NCBI GenBank assembly: GCA_016187035.1
Contig: JACPKL010000005.1
Location: 135,150 to 199,149, forward strand
DNA from: Candidatus Daviesbacteria bacterium
Lineage (GTDB): Bacteria > Patescibacteriota > Microgenomatia > Daviesbacterales > UBA10151
Direction of reading: 5' to 3'
DNA length: 64,000 bases
Shown: positions 57,743 to 64,000 of the stretch, one piece after another
Position numbering within the stretch: the stretch's first letter is position 1
How the letters are laid out: each line of letters begins with the position of its first letter
Notes under the pieces: model-generated
Seen by the model: only the letters and a program-made list of their open reading frames with translations
Told to the model about the DNA's origin: nothing
Databases searched by the model: none
Program-made: the position numbers and the translations under genes

Positions 57743-60700
57743 ATGTCTCAAAAGCTAGTATTTTTTCTATTAAGTATTTTAATCACCATAAGCTGGTTTA
57801 AAAGCGGATTATACTATGGTGGAGCAGAGGTAGGGATATCGCCATATTATAACCCTGCCCGATATTTAAATATCCAGCAATTTATCTGGTGGGCAGATGT
57901 TGCTCCGGGGACACTGGTGCCTCAATTTATAAGCGCAGTTCCTTTGTATTTTATTTTGTCTCTTTTACAAAATCTCCTTTCCCCTTTGATGTTACAAGCC
58001 CTAGTCTTCTTTTGCCTGCTATTTTTAATGGGGTATGGCATGTATCTTTTTACCCTTTCATATATAGGTAAGGATAAGGTTTTTTATGCGGTTATTGCTG
58101 GTTTATTTTATATGTTTAACTCCTATATGTTGGTGGAGGTTTGGCACCGCTTTTTATATGGAGGGTTTTTTTTGGCTGCTTTTTTACCTATCCTGGCATT
58201 ATTTTGGAAGCTTTGGATTCAAAAAGGTAACTTTGTTCATCTTGTAATTCTACTTTTGGTAAGCCTGATTTCCTCATATATGTTCGGAAATCTAACATCT
58301 TTTATTGCCTTATGGATAGCATTTTTTCTACTTACTTTGGCAGAAGCGGTTTTCCCCTGGCAGGGAAGAATAAACTTAGTCAGAGTAACTAAATGGTTCG
58401 TAATTGGGTTGACATTTTTTATTTTAACCAACCTTTGGTGGTTAATCCCGGTAGCTAAAGTATCAACGCAAGTTTTACCAAATCAGCATTCAAGTGAAGA
58501 TAATATCAGCACACTTGTTAATATTAGTAAACAGACAATCTTGCCTTATATCCTGCAGTATGCTAACCCATTTTATTTATTCTATACCCAGGAACTTGGA
58601 AGTATCTATAAAAATACTATTTTTCTTATCCTCCCATGGATTCCGGCAATTGTCATATTTCTTGGGTTATTGGTAGTACTGAAGAATAAAAAGCTGGCTG
58701 TTTTAGGATTATTTTACCTAATCACTATTATTATTGCTAAGGGTGCTGCTAATCCTTTTGGGTATCCTTATATCTGGGGGTTTATGAACACCTTTTTTAT
58801 AGGAGTGATCAGAAATCCTTTTGAGAAATTAGGTGTTTTATTACCTTTTTTCAGCAGCACACTTTTTGTAATAGGTCTAGAGTATATTTTTCTTTATACT
58901 ACCAGAAGATTTGGAAAGTTTATTTCTCGGTTAGCGATATGTATTATTCTAATAAGTATATTGATTTTTGCATTCCCTATGTTTACTGGAAGAGTTTTTA
59001 ATAAACCAGACTATCCACTGCTTGTTCAAGTTCCGGATACCTACAAGCAGGCAGATAACTGGTTTAAAAAACAAAAAGATATAGAAGGTAATATTCTTCA
59101 TTTACCTTTTACGAATAATGATGTAGTTACATATAATTGGGAACATGGTTATCATGGGGTGGAAGTAAATGAAATTCTTTTTACATCCTTGCCTTCTATC
59201 ACAAGAAATGTGGGAATAAAAAGGGTAGATGACACGCTTAGAAGTCTTGCATTTATTTTTAACAAACCGTTTTTAAATAATGAACAAATTCTTAATTTGC
59301 TTCAATCGTTTAATGTTTCATATATTGTATTTCATAAAGACATGAGATGGGATGATGTTTCAACATACGGGAAAAATATCAAACTAAATGATCTGTTTGA
59401 GATTGAGAATACTCTTAACAGTTTAGATTTTTTAGAAAATAAAGCATCATTTGGAAGCCTGATTATATATAAGATTAAGGATAGTTTTTATAAACCTAAA
59501 ATAATATTTAGCAATAATTATGATTTAGTAGATGCAGGAGAAAGCAATATTATGCAAACACTTACGTTTTCTAAAATTAACAGTCAGATAACTGCTATGG
59601 GTGAAGAAAAAGATAATGTACTATGGGAGAATTCTTCTCAGGTTTTAATATTTCCAAGAACAATTTTATATACATGGGAATACTCAAAAGAGGTTTTAGA
59701 CAGTATGTTAAATAAAAGTATTATTGATCCTAATGATGATGCACTCCCTTTTAATCAGCTTAAGTTAGCTAAACAACGATTATTCTTGCATTCTGGGGAA
59801 TTGTTAAGTGAGACATTAATCGATAAAATAATGTCAGCAAATAATTTAATATTAGAATTAAACAAATATAGAATAAATCAAAATATTCCTCCCCAATCTC
59901 TTTTAAAAAGTTATGATGATCAAATAAATGCAATTTTTACAAGCGGATTTGATGGTTCAAGCATCCAACGCATACTAAGATCTTTACTTGCAAAAGTGTT
60001 CACCCTGCATCTTTATGTGCTAGAACGTTTTTATAACTCAGGAGATACTGATAATCATGTGTTTGCAAAAGAACTTTATGATAGATTGAACACATACTTA
60101 ATTAACAATAAGGTTTTACCCAAGTATTTTTCTGTTGGGAAAGAGACCAACGGACAGTCTCAGAGAAGAGTGCATAGCTTTTATCTACCCAAGAGTGCGT
60201 CTTATGAACTTTTAATTACGGATAATAGTATGTTTCCTTTATACCCAGATATCATCTCAAAATTACATATCAATTTGGACGGAAATCCTCTTTCAGTAAC
60301 ACCCTCCAGTAGAGACGATTTCACTCATTTGACAGAAGTTGAATTAGATAAAGGAGTACATGAAATCAGTTATGTAATGTATCCTTCATCCAACTTGGTG
60401 TCGAATCTTAATGAATTTAAGTTGGAAGGAGTCAGTCAGTTAGTAAATAATCAAATTTTGAAGTTTACAGCAAATCCTCAAGTAGGATCAGCTGCAACTA
60501 TGGTGTTGGATAAGTTAAATGGAGGTGATATTTATGAAATATCCTTTGAGGCACTAACTGATAACGCAGATAAATTCTACATAGAGATGACGGAGGATAC
60601 TGAAGGAGATAATGTAGTAGATAATTGCACTAAGACTACATGCTATCCTTTGGAGTTAGTATCAACTAGTAAGGATTGGCAGAGAGTTTCTTTTGTTACA

Positions 60701-61207
60701 ACCCCTCTTAATATAGCTACACGTAAAGCAAATCTTAGATTATTGTTACCTCTTAATCAATTTTCGACTTTAACTTTTACTGTGCAGATTAGAAATCTTC
60801 AGATTAATAGGCTAATGGATAATAATTTAATCTTGAGAAAGAAGTTATCAAATGACTCGCTTGTGAGTTCTCCTTCTGGTTATTTAACAAGTTTTAAAAA
60901 GTTAAGTCCAGTAAAGTATGAGGGAAGAATCAAATTAGATAAACCTTCGTTCATGTTTTTTAAAGAGACTTTTAATCCTGGATGGAAACTTGAATTATTT
61001 AAAGATAATGATAAATTCAAAATTGATAAACACTTTTTAGGAAATTTGTATGGCAATACATATTACATTGATAAAACAGGCGAGTATAATTTCAAGCTGG
61101 AATTTGAGCCCCAAAAAAATGTTAATTTGGGAATTATGGTTGCTGGATTTGGCTGGGTAGGAATTCTAATCGGCTTTGTGTATTCCGTTCTTAAAACTAA
61201 GCAATGA
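57743..61207 (+). CDS. Large multi-TM GT-C-like glycosyltransferase, family A, with an extracellular insertion
   Basis: VWHRF, NLWW, KGAANPFG, IRNPFEK, VPDTY and HFLGNLYGN. Confidence 0.7.
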   Translation: MSQKLVFFLLSILITISWFKSGLYYGGAEVGISPYYNPARYLNIQQFIWWADVAPGTLVPQFISAVPLYFILSLLQNLLSPLMLQALVFFCLLFLMGYGMYLFTLSYIGKDKVFYAVIAGLFYMFNSYMLVEVWHRFLYGGFFLAAFLPILALFWKLWIQKGNFVHLVILLLVSLISSYMFGNLTSFIALWIAFFLLTLAEAVFPWQGRINLVRVTKWFVIGLTFFILTNLWWLIPVAKVSTQVLPNQHSSEDNISTLVNISKQTILPYILQYANPFYLFYTQELGSIYKNTIFLILPWIPAIVIFLGLLVVLKNKKLAVLGLFYLITIIIAKGAANPFGYPYIWGFMNTFFIGVIRNPFEKLGVLLPFFSSTLFVIGLEYIFLYTTRRFGKFISRLAICIILISILIFAFPMFTGRVFNKPDYPLLVQVPDTYKQADNWFKKQKDIEGNILHLPFTNNDVVTYNWEHGYHGVEVNEILFTSLPSITRNVGIKRVDDTLRSLAFIFNKPFLNNEQILNLLQSFNVSYIVFHKDMRWDDVSTYGKNIKLNDLFEIENTLNSLDFLENKASFGSLIIYKIKDSFYKPKIIFSNNYDLVDAGESNIMQTLTFSKINSQITAMGEEKDNVLWENSSQVLIFPRTILYTWEYSKEVLDSMLNKSIIDPNDDALPFNQLKLAKQRLFLHSGELLSETLIDKIMSANNLILELNKYRINQNIPPQSLLKSYDDQINAIFTSGFDGSSIQRILRSLLAKVFTLHLYVLERFYNSGDTDNHVFAKELYDRLNTYLINNKVLPKYFSVGKETNGQSQRRVHSFYLPKSASYELLITDNSMFPLYPDIISKLHINLDGNPLSVTPSSRDDFTHLTEVELDKGVHEISYVMYPSSNLVSNLNEFKLEGVSQLVNNQILKFTANPQVGSAATMVLDKLNGGDIYEISFEALTDNADKFYIEMTEDTEGDNVVDNCTKTTCYPLELVSTSKDWQRVSFVTTPLNIATRKANLRLLLPLNQFSTLTFTVQIRNLQINRLMDNNLILRKKLSNDSLVSSPSGYLTSFKKLSPVKYEGRIKLDKPSFMFFKETFNPGWKLELFKDNDKFKIDKHFLGNLYGNTYYIDKTGEYNFKLEFEPQKNVNLGIMVAGFGWVGILIGFVYSVLKTKQ

Positions 61208-61545
61208 ATATAACTAAAAAAGTTATTTTAACGCCAGTAGTATTTTTATTGTCTGGATTTATATTTGCGTTTTTGGATAATGGGATAGAAATAGAAAGGT
61301 TTGATCAAATCATACAACCTATATTTTTTGCGGTTATTCTAACCTCTGATATTTTGTTACCTAGTTTTAGGAAGAATTTAATAATTTTCTCATGTTGTTT
61401 ACTAGTTCTAATGATTTTAATTTATTTATTGCAAAATCTTATGATTGCTGATTGGATTGGAAGATTAGGTTTTGGAATATTATTTATAACTATTTTTTCC
61501 TATACCCCTGAAATTATAAAGAGAGGGTATCTTGAAAAATTCTAA
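61204..61545 (+). CDS. Small multi-TM membrane protein, coupled to the family A gene
   Basis: ATGA overlap with the upstream stop; IADWIGRLGF resembles the other small ORFs. Confidence 0.7.
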   Translation: MNITKKVILTPVVFLLSGFIFAFLDNGIEIERFDQIIQPIFFAVILTSDILLPSFRKNLIIFSCCLLVLMILIYLLQNLMIADWIGRLGFGILFITIFSYTPEIIKRGYLEKF

Positions 61546-63044
61546 TCATAAATTTTGACTATAATTGAATATACCTTTTTTTCTGAAAGATCTTTAGGGA
61601 GTTCTCCCAAATCTTCGTAAAATACTTTTATAGTAGGATCATTATATAGGAGTTGAAGCGCGTCGCTGCCGTTTAAAATGTACGCTGCTTGTTTTGAAGC
61701 TTTACCCCATTCTTTAGTTAAGTAAGGATAGTTTGGATCATTTTTTAAATAAAGCGCAGTTCCCTTTGGTAGATTAGGATAAGTTTTTTTTACTTGATTT
61801 AAAAGTTTTTCTGCTAATTTTCCTCTGTTGGCTGCCCAATAGTTTGTACTGCCTAATATAGCAGACGTAGAAGATAAAACAGTTAGACTAATAATAACTA
61901 AAGACATAAATATCTTTGCAAGTATTATTCTTTTTTTTCTTAATTCTTTGTAAAAGCTGAAAATTATATATCCTATCAGTACCCAAAAAGCAGGTAAACT
62001 TATTGGTAAATAATGTGTGGATTTATGTAAGGGAAGTAAGATAACTGGTAACAGTCCTAAGGGAAACCAAATAAGATTAAATAAAAACCTTCTTTCTATA
62101 AATACACCTCTCATTTTTATAAAAAGGTAACTTGTGGCGATAAAAAGTAAAACTGTAGATATAAAAAAAGCTGGAAAAATCAATATATAATAATTACTCC
62201 AGTATCTAAGTAGAGTTGGATTTAATCTAAGACCTGGGGAAACAAAATCTATCAAGGTTTCAGGAATGCCTAAAGCCCAATTTGAATACCAAAACAAAGA
62301 ATTTATTGCAGTTTTGATACTGAAGATGGCTTGATATTGCTTTTCTTGTGAAGAAAAACCCATTTTAAAGACTTCAATCAGTACAAGCAAGCCTGCGAAA
62401 CAAAAAAAGGGTAATGTATCAACGGCAACCTTTCTTTTATTCAGTTTAAGGATTATTCCTAATCCAAATATTAAAAAGGGAGTTATTAGTGTTTGCTCGT
62501 GGGAAGATATACCTAAAAGAAAAAACAAAAGACTAATTATTTTAAATTTTACACTACTTGTTTCTATATAATGATAAAAAAATAATAGGGATAATAAAAC
62601 AAACGCTGTAGCAAGCAATGTCTGTATACCACCGGCTAAATAATAAAGCGTTGCAACATTAGCAGCTGTTATTCCAAAGAAAAAAGATGTAAAAAAAGAT
62701 AAAAATTTATTTTTAAATAATTTTTGCACTAGCAAAAAGACCAGATAGATATTTACAAAATGAATAATCATGGTAAAGATTCTAAACGGGAAGTGATTTA
62801 AACCAAAAATCGAGTAATAGAGATTAAATGGTATCTCTCTAGATAAGGGTCTATAAAAAGCTATGCCTCTTTTCTCAAAAGGATAGAATCCAAAAAGTTT
62901 AATAAATTCTGTTAAGCTTCCATCTGTTTGACTTACTTTAAAATGGAAGAAGTCATCTTGAGAAAAATAAGTAAATAGGACTGGGTGGTAAAGGAATAAG
63001 ACAGTTATTAAGATAATAAGAAACGGGGATATTTTTTTCCACAT
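61542..63044 (-). CDS. Multi-TM GT-C-like protein (PMT/ArnT-like, distant from family B)
   Basis: YFSQDDF and FYRPL in the first external loop, SHEQ, many TM segments and a C-terminal soluble domain. Confidence 0.7.
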   Translation of the reverse strand: MWKKISPFLIILITVLFLYHPVLFTYFSQDDFFHFKVSQTDGSLTEFIKLFGFYPFEKRGIAFYRPLSREIPFNLYYSIFGLNHFPFRIFTMIIHFVNIYLVFLLVQKLFKNKFLSFFTSFFFGITAANVATLYYLAGGIQTLLATAFVLLSLLFFYHYIETSSVKFKIISLLFFLLGISSHEQTLITPFLIFGLGIILKLNKRKVAVDTLPFFCFAGLLVLIEVFKMGFSSQEKQYQAIFSIKTAINSLFWYSNWALGIPETLIDFVSPGLRLNPTLLRYWSNYYILIFPAFFISTVLLFIATSYLFIKMRGVFIERRFLFNLIWFPLGLLPVILLPLHKSTHYLPISLPAFWVLIGYIIFSFYKELRKKRIILAKIFMSLVIISLTVLSSTSAILGSTNYWAANRGKLAEKLLNQVKKTYPNLPKGTALYLKNDPNYPYLTKEWGKASKQAAYILNGSDALQLLYNDPTIKVFYEDLGELPKDLSEKKVYSIIVKIYD

Positions 63045-63051
63045 ACATTAA

Positions 63052-63061
63052 AGTATATAAT
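63052..63061. promoter_or_regulatory. Overlapping divergent -10 boxes
   Basis: AGTATATAAT contains TATAAT(+) 7 nt before ATG 63069 and TATACT(-) 7 nt before ATG 63044. Confidence 0.5.
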
Positions 63062-63068
63062 TTGTTGA

Positions 63069-63242
63069 ATGGGACTTAAAAGTAGGTATTTTTTTGGGTT
63101 GGTGTTGTTAATGTTTATTTTGAGTGCAGTCTTTATTATGTTTGGTCACTCTGGATTTGCTTCTAGATTCCTTGGTATATCTTTTTGGGTTTTGGTATTA
63201 GGAATAACTTTATATATTTGGGAAGTAACAAATGAAAAATAA
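63069..63242 (+). CDS. 57-aa 2-TM membrane protein (missed by the ORF track)
   Basis: MGLKSRYFFGLVLLMFILSAVFIMFGHSGFASRFLGISFWVLVLGITLYIWEVTNEK*; overlaps the next ATG. Confidence 0.65.
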   Translation: MGLKSRYFFGLVLLMFILSAVFIMFGHSGFASRFLGISFWVLVLGITLYIWEVTNEK

Positions 63243-64000
63243 GTTTTACATAATCATTTTGAGTATTATATTAGCCGGAATATATTGGCAGTGGTGGATT
63301 CCCGGACCGAGAGTAGCAAGTGATTTTTCCCTGCTTTCTCAAGACTTATTGAAGTCCCTAGCGGCTTTTCCTCAAACTTGGTCAGTAGGTGGTACGGAAG
63401 GATTAGGAGAGTATGCTAGTTTCACTTTATGGTCATGGCCTTTTAATCTGCTGCTGGGCTTACTTGCAAATTTAAATTTTTCTTTCGTTATCTTGGAACG
63501 ATTATCTATCATAATACCTTTCTTATTTTTAGGAAGTTATGGAATTTGGAAGCTGTTTGAATACTTCGAACTATCTGTTTATGCAAGACTAATATCTATC
63601 TTATTTTATCTAGCCAACTCATACATCATTTTGGTAATTGATGGGGGGCAATTATCAATTAGTTTAGCTTATGCGCTTTTCCCTTTAGGATTTCTGTCTT
63701 TGGAGTATGGAATTAGAGGTAATTTAAGGAAGAAAATTTTATCTGCATTAGTAATTTCATTAATTGGATTTTTCGATATAAGATTTATCTATGTTTTTTT
63801 ACTACTTTGTTTTATTAAGTTCTTATATGAATTTTTATTTCTTCGTCTTAATGCGTGGTTACCTTGGATTAGGAGTTGGTTAAAGAGCGGATTAATAATT
63901 ACTGCTATAGTGTTAGGATTAAATGCATATTGGATAATAATTATTTTAAAGTTTCCTCTTTCGGATAATTTTTATAGTTATCTTACAGAATCCTCATCTA
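63232..64000 (+). CDS. Multi-TM GT-C-like protein (AftD/YfhO-like), runs off the window
   Basis: Hand translation: MKNKFYIIILSIILAGIYWQWWIPGPRVASDF...FYLANSY...GGQ...YALFP...LNAYW; open to the window end. Confidence 0.65.
   Translation, partial: MKNKFYIIILSIILAGIYWQWWIPGPRVASDFSLLSQDLLKSLAAFPQTWSVGGTEGLGEYASFTLWSWPFNLLLGLLANLNFSFVILERLSIIIPFLFLGSYGIWKLFEYFELSVYARLISILFYLANSYIILVIDGGQLSISLAYALFPLGFLSLEYGIRGNLRKKILSALVISLIGFFDIRFIYVFLLLCFIKFLYEFLFLRLNAWLPWIRSWLKSGLIITAIVLGLNAYWIIIILKFPLSDNFYSYLTESSS

Noticed and set aside
3042..58676. Many short (60-112 aa) ORFs in the track that are antisense to or nested in long genes (e.g. 3042, 4903, 8409, 13660, 17319, 28556, 44995, 54958)
   Set aside because: They lie inside well-supported CDSs and have no motifs; these are expected shadow ORFs.
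4598..61790. Homopolymer A/T runs of 8-9 nt as phase-variation tracts
   Set aside because: Such runs are expected at this AT content, the host ORFs are intact, and there are no long G/C tracts.
1..64000. CRISPR array, tRNA, rRNA, transposase or integrase
   Set aside because: No spaced direct repeats, cloverleaf or recombinase motifs were seen, and intergenic gaps are mostly under 100 nt.
1..64000. Alternative genetic code (TGA read as Gly, code 25)
   Set aside because: Full-length enzymes end at TGA (e.g. 3038, 19764, 23021) and ATGA overlaps couple genes, so code 11 fits.

Overview
AT-rich (roughly 30% GC by eye) bacterial DNA in standard code 11, with TGA used as stop. The whole 64 kb is one very large surface-glycosylation locus that is truncated at both edges. 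The gene style, the lack of Shine-Dalgarno motifs and a DUF5667-like insert suggest a Patescibacteria/CPR genome (Microgenomates-like), but this is an inference. There are three layers. (1) Several nucleotide-sugar modules: galE; kinase plus NTase-HAD; carbamoyltransferase; Fcl-like; DegT; rfbF-UXS-ugd-C-methyltransferase; a second dehydrogenase-epimerase-C-methyltransferase set; rmlD; and a 10-gene transaldolase/SIS/GHMP-kinase/GmhB/NTase/Cys-less UGD-like/Gfo/epimerase/SDR/methyltransferase block that parallels the lincomycin GDP-octose pathway. (2) Three polyprenol-phosphate-sugar synthase-like GT2 genes. (3) Thirteen multi-TM GT-C-like proteins (about 26 kb): five AftD/YfhO-like 'family A', seven 'family B' with a shared C-terminal F-Y-x-L-x-N-F-Y-A-F/Y motif, and one more distant member. 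Most family A genes are coupled to a tiny 2-3 TM protein, one of which the ORF track missed. A GC-rich, multi-hairpin intergenic element lies at about 16665-16832. Many genes have a -10 box 6-9 nt upstream of the ATG, consistent with leaderless transcripts. No rRNA, tRNA, CRISPR array or transposase was seen.
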